Under the pieces are notes generated by a model. That model did no database searches, was not told the origin of the DNA, and saw only the letters and a program-made list of their open reading frames with translations. 64,000 nucleotides of DNA from a bacterium (lineage in GTDB: Bacteria > Patescibacteriota > Microgenomatia > Curtissbacterales > GWA2-41-24), in the NCBI GenBank assembly GCA_021813125.1, contig JAKALT010000001.1, positions 64,023 to 128,022 on the forward strand, read 5' to 3'. Below are positions 46,449-55,450 of the stretch, in pieces. Within the stretch, counting starts at the first letter, position 1; the number at the start of each line of letters is the position of its first letter. The position numbers and the translations under genes were made by a program.

Positions 46449-49207
46449 AGACTCAAATTAAAGTTAAAGTAGATTTAAGAACAGCCCAGCGCGAAGCGGC
46501 CCGAAAAGTCGGCAGAAAAATTCTGTCAGCCCCCAAAGACCTTCCCGAACCCAACCTTTCCGAAAACGCCGCTTATATTGCCAAAACCAGATATGCATTT
46601 AGAAATGAAAAGGGCGAGCCGGTTGAAACACCAAGAGAACTTTTTTGGCGCGTTGCTTACTATATTGCCTCGGCAGACCGTATTTATACAGGAAAAGGTG
46701 ATGACGCAAAAACCCACGAAAAAACAGCCCGCGAGTTCTACGGCTTAATGTCCGCCCAGAAATTTATTCCCAATACACCAACTTTGGTCAACTCCGGCAA
46801 AACCGGCCAGTCATTGTCTGCATGTTTTGTCCTGCCGGTAGATGATGACCTCGAGGCTATTTTAAAAACGATGCGCAATATGGCCATGATCCACAAAATG
46901 GGCGGCGGCACAGGATTTTCCTTTTCGCGCCTAAGGCCCAAGGACGATGTTATCGGCACATCAAAAGGCAAAACAACTGGTCCGGTAGCTTTCTTGCAGG
47001 CTTACAACGATGTCACCTCCCAAATCCGCCAAGGGGGAGTCCGCCGTGGTGCCAATATGGGAATTCTCCATTACACCCACCCGGATGTTTTACGCTTTGC
47101 CGTTCACAAAGTCGATGAATTTTCTCTAACCAATTTCAATATTTCTGTAACTGTTGACGAAAAATTTATGGAAAAGGTCAAAACCGACGCCCAATTTACC
47201 CAGGGCGAAATGGAAACAGACGAAATAATCGGAGATCTTAAAGAAGCCTACGCTATTCGCGACTTGGATCTTAAAAACGTTAGGATAGAGGAGGCTGTGA
47301 AAAGGCTCTACGACCTGTGTGAGGCCAAAGAAGAAGGCGAGGGTTACAATCTTATAAATCCCCGAACAAAAGAAGTCACCGGTCGTCTTAACGCCAAAAA
47401 GGTTTTTGATCTTATCACAAAACTTGCCTGGCAGTACGGCGATCCGGGAATGATTCTAATCGACCGCGTCAATAATTCGCGGGCAAACCCAACTCCGGCA
47501 ATCGGCATGATCGAGGCCACAAACCCCTGCGCCGAACAGCCGCTTCTCCCTTACGATGCTTGCACCCTAGGATCGATAAACCTTTCCAAATTCGCTGATG
47601 CCAAAACCAAAGAAATAGGCTGGGAAGACCTCAAACAATCAATTCACACGGCAGTGCACTTTTTAGACAATGTTCTTGATATGAACGAATACCCTGTTGA
47701 CGAAATCGACGAAATGACTTCGCGTATCCGTCGCATTGGCCTCGGCGTCATGGGATGGGCGGACATGCTGGTTAAACTTGGCATCGCATACAACACCCAG
47801 GAAGGATTTGATTTAGCAGAGCGTGTCATGGAATTCGTCCAAAACGAGGCGGATATGGCATCGGTCGAGCTTGCCAAAATCCGGGGCGCCTTTCCGGCTT
47901 TTAAAGACTCAATCTACAATAAAAAAGGTGGTTTCAAGCCCCGAAACGGCGCCAGGACTACGATCGCGCCAACCGGCACCATCTCGCTTCTTGCAGACTG
48001 CTCTTCTGGAATTGAACCTCATTTTGCCTTAACTTTTGCCAAAAACACTATAGAAGGAAAGCGCCTTTTTACTACTAATCCATACTTTCTTGAGGCTCTA
48101 AAATCACAAGGCTTAGAAAGCGACGAGCTCCTTTCCAAGGTTGAAGAAGGTAGAGGATCAATCCAAAAAATTGACGAAATTCCCCAAGACCTTAGAAAAG
48201 TTTTCGTAGTTGCTGGCGATATAGTTCCCAAGGATCATGTCCGAATGGCCGCTGCCTTCCAGAAATTTACCGACAACGGCATTTCAAAAACTATAAACTT
48301 TCCGAACGAAGCAACAGTTGAAGACGTCCGTGAAGCGTATTGGCTAAGTTACGAGTTAGGCTGCAACATGATAACCATTTACCGCGACGGATCCAGGGTA
48401 AAACAAGTTTTGGAGGTCAAAAAAGGTAAATCATATTATGACCAGATGACAGGTAAGAGAATCAGCCAGGAAACACAAGAAGAAATCCCTTACACCCCAA
48501 CCAAACGCCCGACACCCCAGGAAGCCTGGGGTATGCGGATCCGCAAAAAAGCCGACGTCGGCCCGGTTTACACGTCGGTCTTTCGTGATGCCGACGGTGC
48601 GCCTGTTGAAGTCTTTGTCACAATCGGCAAAACCGGCGGATACGTTGCCGGCGCTGCCGAAGTAACAGGCCGTTTGGCATCCCGCGCTCTCAAATACGGT
48701 GCTTCACTTGAGGAAATCGCAACCGATTTGGTTGGCATTTCTTGCGGCACGCCTTACGGTTTGGGCCAGGAATCTGTCCTTTCGGCATTTGATGCGGTTG
48801 GCAAATCACTTTTGGAAATTGCCCGAGCCAAACAGCTCCAGTTGCCGGTTGTAGAAGAAACTCAGCCAGCTCAAATTCAAACCCAAGAAGAAGCAACCAT
48901 CGAGCAAAGAATTCGCATCGCTTCCAATGGTCACACCAACGGACACACATTATCAAATGGCCATTCGAATGGGTTGTCAAACGGTCATTCGAATGGCCAT
49001 ACAAAGCCGCAAACAGCCGACGATAACCAATTAGCTCTCAGCTCGACAATAGCTCCGCAACAAGGTCAAATGATGACGGTTTATCACGAAGAAAAAGCTA
49101 TCGAATCCAAATTCACATCCTGCCCGGACTGCGGCTCGCCGGTAACCTACGCCGAAGGCTGCCGCAAATGTATAAACCCAACTTGCGGTTGGTCCAAGTG
49201 CAGTTAA
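46445..49207 (+). CDS. nrdJ: Class II (adenosylcobalamin-dependent) ribonucleotide reductase
   Basis: PNTPTLVN, LSACFV, QGGVRRGANM, TNPCAEQ, TIAPTGT, ISKTIN, YRDGSR; C-terminal TSCPD-like domain and CPDC..C..C ribbon. Confidence 0.93.
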   Translation: MKTQIKVKVDLRTAQREAARKVGRKILSAPKDLPEPNLSENAAYIAKTRYAFRNEKGEPVETPRELFWRVAYYIASADRIYTGKGDDAKTHEKTAREFYGLMSAQKFIPNTPTLVNSGKTGQSLSACFVLPVDDDLEAILKTMRNMAMIHKMGGGTGFSFSRLRPKDDVIGTSKGKTTGPVAFLQAYNDVTSQIRQGGVRRGANMGILHYTHPDVLRFAVHKVDEFSLTNFNISVTVDEKFMEKVKTDAQFTQGEMETDEIIGDLKEAYAIRDLDLKNVRIEEAVKRLYDLCEAKEEGEGYNLINPRTKEVTGRLNAKKVFDLITKLAWQYGDPGMILIDRVNNSRANPTPAIGMIEATNPCAEQPLLPYDACTLGSINLSKFADAKTKEIGWEDLKQSIHTAVHFLDNVLDMNEYPVDEIDEMTSRIRRIGLGVMGWADMLVKLGIAYNTQEGFDLAERVMEFVQNEADMASVELAKIRGAFPAFKDSIYNKKGGFKPRNGARTTIAPTGTISLLADCSSGIEPHFALTFAKNTIEGKRLFTTNPYFLEALKSQGLESDELLSKVEEGRGSIQKIDEIPQDLRKVFVVAGDIVPKDHVRMAAAFQKFTDNGISKTINFPNEATVEDVREAYWLSYELGCNMITIYRDGSRVKQVLEVKKGKSYYDQMTGKRISQETQEEIPYTPTKRPTPQEAWGMRIRKKADVGPVYTSVFRDADGAPVEVFVTIGKTGGYVAGAAEVTGRLASRALKYGASLEEIATDLVGISCGTPYGLGQESVLSAFDAVGKSLLEIARAKQLQLPVVEETQPAQIQTQEEATIEQRIRIASNGHTNGHTLSNGHSNGLSNGHSNGHTKPQTADDNQLALSSTIAPQQGQMMTVYHEEKAIESKFTSCPDCGSPVTYAEGCRKCINPTCGWSKCS

Positions 49208-49217
49208 AGCAAGACAA

Positions 49218-49267
49218 AAGGTCAGGTCTTAAGCTTGGCTCTTGCTGCAAGAAAAAGGCCTGACCTT
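49218..49267. repeat. Palindromic repeat element copy 6 (just after nrdJ stop)
   Basis: AAGGTCAGGTCTT-N24-AAGGCCTGACCTT. Confidence 0.88.
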
Positions 49268-49347
49268 AACTCAGGTCATTTCAAAATTCTTGACGTGGGT
49301 GCTCCTCTGATATATATTTTCGCTTTGCTCTAATATATAATTCCCTC

Positions 49348-49764
49348 ATGAAAAAACCGTCTGTCAAAGATGCAAAAAGGTATGTTTTGACGCTAATCTC
49401 CGAAGAAGATACACAAATCTCTGGCCAAAACCAGGCTATAACAAGGGAGCAGACCCAAGAACTGGAATTTTTTATTAACAACGGTCACTGGGAAGTACTT
49501 TTAACAAATTCGGTTTTCCGCTCGCTTGCGCCACAAGGCCAAATCCATACCCTTTCCAACACGCTTGATAACCGGGCCAAAGAGTTAAGATCAACGCTCA
49601 CACCGCTTGGAAGATCAGACAAAACCCGAGATGCCTACATTCAAATCCTCAACCATATTCACGATTTGGAGCGTCTAAAAGAGGAAATATTGGAAGAATT
49701 TTACGCAAAAGGCGGCAAGCGCCAAATCGCCGAAAAGTCCAAAGGCCAAAAAATCGACTTCTGA
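49348..49764 (+). CDS. Hypothetical protein
   Basis: 138-aa ORF; TATAAT 6 nt before ATG; abuts the next gene. Confidence 0.65.
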   Translation: MKKPSVKDAKRYVLTLISEEDTQISGQNQAITREQTQELEFFINNGHWEVLLTNSVFRSLAPQGQIHTLSNTLDNRAKELRSTLTPLGRSDKTRDAYIQILNHIHDLERLKEEILEEFYAKGGKRQIAEKSKGQKIDF

Positions 49765-50490
49765 ATGTCACCTGTTCGAATCAATAAATACTTAGCTTCT
49801 CTTGGTGTTGCATCGCGACGGAAAATCGACGAGATGATAGGTGAGGGAAGAGTCCAAATCAACAATAAAATTGCCAAGCTCGGTGATCAAATAAACCCAT
49901 CCGTCGATCAAGTCGCAATTGACGGTAAAAAAATAGGGGAAAGGGGAGAGGAAAAGGTTTACATAATCTTAAATAAGCCGGTAGGTTACACATCAACATC
50001 CGCCAAAATCAAAGGCGAAAAAAATGTATTAGAACTTGTACCGTCAAATGTCCGTCTTTACCCGGTCGGAAGGTTGGATCGCGATTCAACCGGTCTAATT
50101 TTATTAACAAACGACGGTGAGCTGGCACAAAAGTTAACCCACCCAAAATATCACGTGCCCAAAACGTACGAGGCCAAAGTGCTGGGGGATGTCAACAAAG
50201 CTCAGTTAGAAATGATAAGAAAAGGTATTAAGCTTGAAGAGGGGATAACAAAACCGGCAAAAGTCCAAATTAAATCCCAATCTCTCCCTCACCATAGCAT
50301 TTTGAAAATCACACTTTACGAAGGTAAAAAACGCCAGATCCGCCGGATGCTAGCAATTCTGCACCTGCATATTTTGGAACTAAAACGGATTTCGGTTGGC
50401 TCGATAAAACTAGGTGATTTACCAACGGGGAAATTTAGGAATTTAACAAATGAAGAAATAACTAAACTACAAAATTCTCACCAGACTTGA
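49765..50490 (+). CDS. rluB: RsuA/RluB-family pseudouridine synthase
   Basis: S4 domain RINKYLASLGVASRR, NKP.G, VGRLDRDSTGL, EGKKRQIRRM. Confidence 0.88.
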   Translation: MSPVRINKYLASLGVASRRKIDEMIGEGRVQINNKIAKLGDQINPSVDQVAIDGKKIGERGEEKVYIILNKPVGYTSTSAKIKGEKNVLELVPSNVRLYPVGRLDRDSTGLILLTNDGELAQKLTHPKYHVPKTYEAKVLGDVNKAQLEMIRKGIKLEEGITKPAKVQIKSQSLPHHSILKITLYEGKKRQIRRMLAILHLHILELKRISVGSIKLGDLPTGKFRNLTNEEITKLQNSHQT

Positions 50491-51142
50491 AAATCTTCGG
50501 CTCTTGACCCTTTTTAAAAACTTTTGCCTTGCCCTTACCACGAACCTTGATATCTTTTCCGTTTATCTCAATCAAGGTCTTTTCTTCAATGGCAACAACC
50601 GGCTGGCTGTTAAAAACTAAATGCTCCAAAATTCGCTCGTCTCTAGTTTCACCCGAAAAAACTGCTTTATCATGAGGCTCGATATAATGAGGATTAATAT
50701 TAAATTTCACGAGCTCGAGTCCTTTAAAGTTTGTTCCGCCAACAACATTCCAATCATTGGCAGTTAAAATAGTCAAACCTGCAATGTTTGCACCCGCACT
50801 TATTCCGATATACTTTGCACCATTTCGAACTTTGGCTTGAATCTTATCAATTAGTTTGTATTTTTGAAGATTGTTAAGCAAATTGTAAGTATTGCCGCCG
50901 CCGACAAGAAAGATTTCTGTCTTTTCAATTAAATCTTCGGGATTTTTATCAAGCTCTAGGTGTTTAACCTTTATTTCAAGGGCATTTAATTTCTCTTTGA
51001 CTATTTTAAAATATTGACTAGTACTATAAACCGTAGCCGCTGAAACAAAAGTCACATCTTTTCCGTCCACAAAGCGCATCAACTCATCTTCCAGCCATTC
51101 ATAAAAAGGTTCACCGGAATTACTGGCCAAAAGTAATTTCAC
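50462..51142 (-). CDS. pepE: Peptidase E (S51) family
   Basis: VGGGNT, YIGISAGAN, INPHY, GETRDERI.E. Confidence 0.9.
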   Translation of the reverse strand: MKLLLASNSGEPFYEWLEDELMRFVDGKDVTFVSAATVYSTSQYFKIVKEKLNALEIKVKHLELDKNPEDLIEKTEIFLVGGGNTYNLLNNLQKYKLIDKIQAKVRNGAKYIGISAGANIAGLTILTANDWNVVGGTNFKGLELVKFNINPHYIEPHDKAVFSGETRDERILEHLVFNSQPVVAIEEKTLIEINGKDIKVRGKGKAKVFKKGQEPKIFKSGENFVV

Positions 51143-51687
51143 TTACCTCGACCTTTCCAGGGAATTTCTCTGATACCATCTATTTTATTTGCGTATCTTG
51201 CCAAAACGAAAAGCCAATCGGAAAGCCTATTGATGTAAACTTGGGCATTTTTATTGATTTTTTCCTGTGCCGATAAATCAACAATCACTCTTTCGGCGCG
51301 TCTTGCCACAGTCCTTGCCAAATGGAGTTTTGACCCAACCTTTCCACCGCCCGGCAGAATGAAGTTCCGCAAAGCCGGCAGATTTTTATCTAAGATATCA
51401 ATTTCTTTCTCAAGCCGCGTAACATACGATTTTGTAATTCTTGGAACTTTGACTTTAACATCTACGGGCGATGAAAGATCTGCCCCTAAAACGAATAGCT
51501 CCTCCTGGACCCGGAGCAATTTTTTCAAAACGTCGGCAGATAGCTCGCTTGCAACGATTACTCCAATTAAGGAATTCAGCTCATCAACACAACCGTAAGC
51601 ATGTATGCGGCGAGAAGTCTTATCGACTCTTTTCCCGCCGAAAAGGGAAGTTGTTCCGCCGTCGCCCGTTTTCGTGTATATCTTCAC
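51139..51687 (-). CDS. pduO: PduO-type ATP:cob(I)alamin adenosyltransferase
   Basis: KIYTKTGDGGTT, G.VDELNS, FILPGG, ARTVARRAER, NRLSDWLFVLAR. Confidence 0.92.
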   Translation of the reverse strand: MKIYTKTGDGGTTSLFGGKRVDKTSRRIHAYGCVDELNSLIGVIVASELSADVLKKLLRVQEELFVLGADLSSPVDVKVKVPRITKSYVTRLEKEIDILDKNLPALRNFILPGGGKVGSKLHLARTVARRAERVIVDLSAQEKINKNAQVYINRLSDWLFVLARYANKIDGIREIPWKGRGK

Positions 51688-51749
51688 GCAACAATTATAG
51701 CTCTTAAAAGCTTCAGATCAAGCTAAAACTGTCCTCTACCCTGCCGAAC

Positions 51750-51779
51750 TTGACATAACCCTACCCTGGGGGGTAGGAT
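51750..51779 (+). promoter_or_regulatory. Promoter with CsoR-type operator
   Basis: TTGACA-N18-TAGGAT overlapped by CCTACCC-TGGG-GGGTAGG (51760-51777). Confidence 0.85.
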
Positions 51780-51785
51780 ATACCT

Positions 51786-52052
51786 ATGCAAAAGGCAGTT
51801 AAGGAAGAAGCCATAAGAAGATTGCGTACTGCCAGGGGACACCTGGACCACGTAATTTCTCAGGTTGAGGCCGAAAAGTACTGCACAGACATTTTGCAGC
51901 AATCCCTTGCAGTACAATCTGCCCTAAAGGCAGTTGATCACATTATTCTAAAAGGCCATCTTGAGGAACATGTCTCGGAAGCAATGAAGGGAAAGCATAA
52001 AGATAAAGCCATCGAAGAAGTGATGGAAGTTTTTGACATAGTCAGAAAGTGA
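51786..52052 (+). CDS. csoR: CsoR/RcnR-family metal-sensing repressor
   Basis: RRL...RGHL, YC.DILQQ..AV.SAL, H...H. Confidence 0.88.
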   Translation: MQKAVKEEAIRRLRTARGHLDHVISQVEAEKYCTDILQQSLAVQSALKAVDHIILKGHLEEHVSEAMKGKHKDKAIEEVMEVFDIVRK

Positions 52053-52064
52053 GGTGAGTTAGAT

Positions 52065-52286
52065 TTGATGTACTGGAGATATGGTCCGCAAGCATCCCCG
52101 CCTGCTGGCTCTGACAATGGATATTATTGGTCTGGCCACCCCATGATGGGCTGGTTTGGAAATAGTAATGCCTCTTGGGTTGTAGGTAGTGTTTTTTGGC
52201 TTATTACCTGGCTACTTATAATAGCTGTCCTTGTTGCACTGGTCAGATGGCTTTGGAAAAAAGGTGATAGCGAAAAAAGGAGGTGA
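52065..52286 (+). CDS. Small membrane protein with HPMMG motif
   Basis: SD GAGGTGA; one C-terminal TM segment. Confidence 0.7.
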   Translation: MMYWRYGPQASPPAGSDNGYYWSGHPMMGWFGNSNASWVVGSVFWLITWLLIIAVLVALVRWLWKKGDSEKRR

Positions 52287-52556
52287 GTGAGGATGCTAAA
52301 TTCGGTGGCTTTTGCAAACGCCTTAACGGCAGTTAGCTTAGTAGTTTACATAGTTTGCAGGGCACTAGCCCAAGTTGCGCCGGGGTTTCTTTTTTCAATT
52401 GCGCAAAGCTGGTTCCATACCTTTGATTTGACCTCAAGAGGCCAGTCGGGTATGAGTACTGGTTCATTTATTTTTGGCGCAGTTATCCTTGCAATTCTTT
52501 CTTGGGCTTTTGGATACCTGTTAATAGAGATTTATAACCGCTTCGCTAAAAAATAA
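52287..52556 (+). CDS. DUF5676-like 2-TM protein
   Basis: VYIVC, SWFH, YN terminus; in the copper operon. Confidence 0.7.
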   Translation: MRMLNSVAFANALTAVSLVVYIVCRALAQVAPGFLFSIAQSWFHTFDLTSRGQSGMSTGSFIFGAVILAILSWAFGYLLIEIYNRFAKK

Positions 52557-52609
52557 AAGGCGAAGATAGTTAATAACTTAAATCCATTTATCAGGGAGAA
52601 TAAGTTTTT

Positions 52610-53194
52610 ATGAAAAAAGAGGAAAAGTTGGAAGACAAAACAGAAGAAACTAAGCCGGAAGGCCCGAAAAGCCACAAACTATTCTATCTTGTGGTTTTAA
52701 TTTTTTTGCTTTCTTTGGGTTGGTTTTCATGGGCTGTGTGGGAAAAAGTCATCCCGCACGAAAAACTCCATTATCATGCAGGCTTTATTGTTGTAAAGGA
52801 CAATCAAATCGTTGATTTTTCCAAGCCCGAATTTATGTCTTTTACATCTTGTGCTGTAGCAGGCGCCAAAGAAGAGGAAACACCGGAGCAGTTGCAAATC
52901 GAAAAAGCCCACCTTCACGATGAAATCGGCGATGTAATACACGTTGAAGAAGCAGGTGCCAAATGGGGGGATTTATTCACCAATCTTAACTATCCGATAA
53001 ACTACAACGAAGTCGCAGCCTACATTAATGGCAAAAAAGTCAAAAGCATCCAAAACATGCCAATCAAGCGCTATCAAAGCGCCATAATTTTTATGGGAAA
53101 CAATCAAGACACTCAAAAGTTCCTAAGCCAAGCTGTTACCAAAGAACATATCGAAGAAACAGCCGCAAAAAGTAAGGATTGCGGCTCACATTAA
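52610..53194 (+). CDS. Membrane-anchored His-rich putative metal-binding protein
   Basis: HYHAGF, HLHD...VIHVE, terminal CGSH. Confidence 0.7.
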   Translation: MKKEEKLEDKTEETKPEGPKSHKLFYLVVLIFLLSLGWFSWAVWEKVIPHEKLHYHAGFIVVKDNQIVDFSKPEFMSFTSCAVAGAKEEETPEQLQIEKAHLHDEIGDVIHVEEAGAKWGDLFTNLNYPINYNEVAAYINGKKVKSIQNMPIKRYQSAIIFMGNNQDTQKFLSQAVTKEHIEETAAKSKDCGSH

Positions 53195-53195
53195 T

Positions 53196-55277
53196 ATGAA
53201 GGAAACGATGTACACATGTCCGATGGACCCGGACATTATCAAAGACGAACCAGGCAATTGCCCCAAATGCGGCATGACACTCGTGCCCATATTAGCGGAA
53301 AATCATGAACATGGAAACCACGGAGGAAACAACAGTATGGAAGGCGATTTTAAAAAACGCTTCTTCATTACCCTGCCGTTTACGATTGCAACTATGTTGC
53401 TTTCGCAAAATATTCAAAAATGGCTCGGATTTCAAATTACTTTTCCGGGTGCTGACGCTGCAGTTTTACTAATTGGATCATTTATCTTCTTTTTTGGAGG
53501 CATACCCTTTTTTAAAGGTGCCAAAGGTGAGCTAAAAAGCAAAAATCCTCAAATGATGACATTAGTTGCCACGGCAATTACTGTAGGCTACTTGTTTTCC
53601 ATTGCTTCAACCTTTTTCTTCCGCGGCGAGACTTTATGGTGGGAAATCTCAACACTTATTTCCGTCTTTCTTCTTGGCCACTGGCTTGAAATGCGCTCAG
53701 TCCGGGGTGCGACGGGAGCACTTTCCGAGCTTGCCAAGCTTATTCCCCTAACAGCACATAAAATAGGTTCAAAAGGAGAAATTTTAGATATCAAAACCTC
53801 AGAAGTCGAAGTAGGCAATAAACTACTTGTAAAACCTGGGGAAAAAATCCCAATAGATGGAATTGTTGAAGATGGTGAAAGTTCCGTTGACGAGTCAATG
53901 ATAAGCGGCGAATCGGTCCCTGTTGCCAAAACAAAAGGTGACAAAGTAATAGGCGGAACTATAAACCAGGACGGCGCACTTACTATAAAAGTAACCAAGA
54001 CCGGATCCGATACTACAGTCTCACAAATCATCAAACTTATCCGCAACGCCCAAGCCTCAAAGCCTAACGTTCAGCTTTTGGCAGACAAAGCAGCGGGCTT
54101 GTTATTTTATGTTGCGGTTTTAATTGGGATATTAACCTTTATTACCTGGTTTTTTGTCCTCCCTCAAGGTATTATTTTTGCAGCTACTGCAGCGGTTGCT
54201 GTTGTGGTTGTCGCTTGCCCTCACGCTTTGGGGCTGGCGATTCCAACCGTGACAACCATAACTTCAACACTTGGCGCCCAAAACGGCATTCTTATAAAGG
54301 AAATGAAGGGTTTAGAAATTGCCCGTAAGGTAGATTACGTAGTTTTCGACAAAACTGGTACCCTTACTCAAGGCAAATTTGGTGTAGAGCAAATTCAAAA
54401 ATCTCCCCAAACGAAACTTTCCGAAACTGAAATATTAGCTCTGGCAGCAGCCATTGAGCAAAAGTCACAACACTCAATTGCCCGAGGAATAGTGGTTGAG
54501 GCTAAAAAGAAAAACATCAAAATCCCCCAAGCTTCCGACTTTAAATCTTTTCCCGGTAAAGGAGCGGTTGGCAAAATCGCAGGCAAACAAATAATAGTCG
54601 GAAACGCACTTCTGCTTCAAAATTTTAAAGTTGAAATTGCAAAGTTGCCTGACCCACAAAAAGGTTGGACGGCTATTTATGTCGCAGAAGAAAAAGAATT
54701 TTTAGGAACAATCTATATAGCAGATACAGTAAGGCCGGAATCCAAAGAAGCTATCAATAAACTTCATCAAATAGGTATAAAATCTGCAATGCTCACCGGC
54801 GATTCAAAAGAAGTTGCGCAAGTTGTTGGAGAATCAATTGGCGTAGACACAATATTTGCTCAAGTTCTTCCGGACGAAAAGGTTACAAAAGTTCGCGAAC
54901 TTCAAAATCAGAGGCACATTGTTGCAATGGTTGGAGATGGTGTAAACGATGCTCCGTCACTTACCCAAGCCCATGTAGGAATTGCGATAGGAGCCGGAAC
55001 TGACGTCGCTGTAGAATCGGCAGATATTGTTCTTATGAAAAACAATCCCCAAGATGTCGTCAAAGCGATTACTCTAAGCCGCAAAACAAACTCAAAAATG
55101 GTCCAAAATCTAATTTGGGCCACAGGGTACAACGTTTTTGCAATCCCGCTAGCGGCAGGACTCCTTTATCCCGCCCTAAAAGTTATGCTTCGACCGGAAT
55201 GGGCAGCTATTCTCATGAGCGCCTCATCGGTCATTGTTGTATTTAACGCTTTACTTTTGAGAAAGGAGGCGCTTTAA
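53196..55277 (+). CDS. copB: Copper-translocating P1B-type ATPase (CPH motif, CopB-like)
   Basis: N-terminal YTCPM..CPKCGM, SGES, CPHALG, DKTGT, GDGVND, YN..AIP, MSASS. Confidence 0.92.
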   Translation: MKETMYTCPMDPDIIKDEPGNCPKCGMTLVPILAENHEHGNHGGNNSMEGDFKKRFFITLPFTIATMLLSQNIQKWLGFQITFPGADAAVLLIGSFIFFFGGIPFFKGAKGELKSKNPQMMTLVATAITVGYLFSIASTFFFRGETLWWEISTLISVFLLGHWLEMRSVRGATGALSELAKLIPLTAHKIGSKGEILDIKTSEVEVGNKLLVKPGEKIPIDGIVEDGESSVDESMISGESVPVAKTKGDKVIGGTINQDGALTIKVTKTGSDTTVSQIIKLIRNAQASKPNVQLLADKAAGLLFYVAVLIGILTFITWFFVLPQGIIFAATAAVAVVVVACPHALGLAIPTVTTITSTLGAQNGILIKEMKGLEIARKVDYVVFDKTGTLTQGKFGVEQIQKSPQTKLSETEILALAAAIEQKSQHSIARGIVVEAKKKNIKIPQASDFKSFPGKGAVGKIAGKQIIVGNALLLQNFKVEIAKLPDPQKGWTAIYVAEEKEFLGTIYIADTVRPESKEAINKLHQIGIKSAMLTGDSKEVAQVVGESIGVDTIFAQVLPDEKVTKVRELQNQRHIVAMVGDGVNDAPSLTQAHVGIAIGAGTDVAVESADIVLMKNNPQDVVKAITLSRKTNSKMVQNLIWATGYNVFAIPLAAGLLYPALKVMLRPEWAAILMSASSVIVVFNALLLRKEAL

Positions 55278-55278
55278 G

Positions 55279-55449
55279 TTGATTAGTCTTTTTAAAAAAT
55301 CCGAAAAAGCCGCAGATCCGGTTTGTCTTATGAAAGTTGACAAAAAAACTGCCAAGTTTCAGCAAACTTTTGAAGAAAAAACATACTATTTCTGTTCGGG
55401 TCACTGTGTCGAATCCTTCAAAAAGGAACCGAAAAGCTATATAGATTAA
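55279..55449 (+). CDS. YHS/TRASH-domain small protein (56 aa), not in ORF track
   Basis: SD AAAGGAGG, TTG start; DPVCLMKVD...YYFCSGHCVESFKKEPKSY. Confidence 0.88.
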   Translation: MISLFKKSEKAADPVCLMKVDKKTAKFQQTFEEKTYYFCSGHCVESFKKEPKSYID

Positions 55450-55450
55450 C

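Noticed and set aside
46445-49207. Intein or intron in nrdJ
   Set aside because: Continuous ORF with no recognisable intein splice-junction or LAGLIDADG motifs; extra length is explained by a short helical insert and the low-complexity linker
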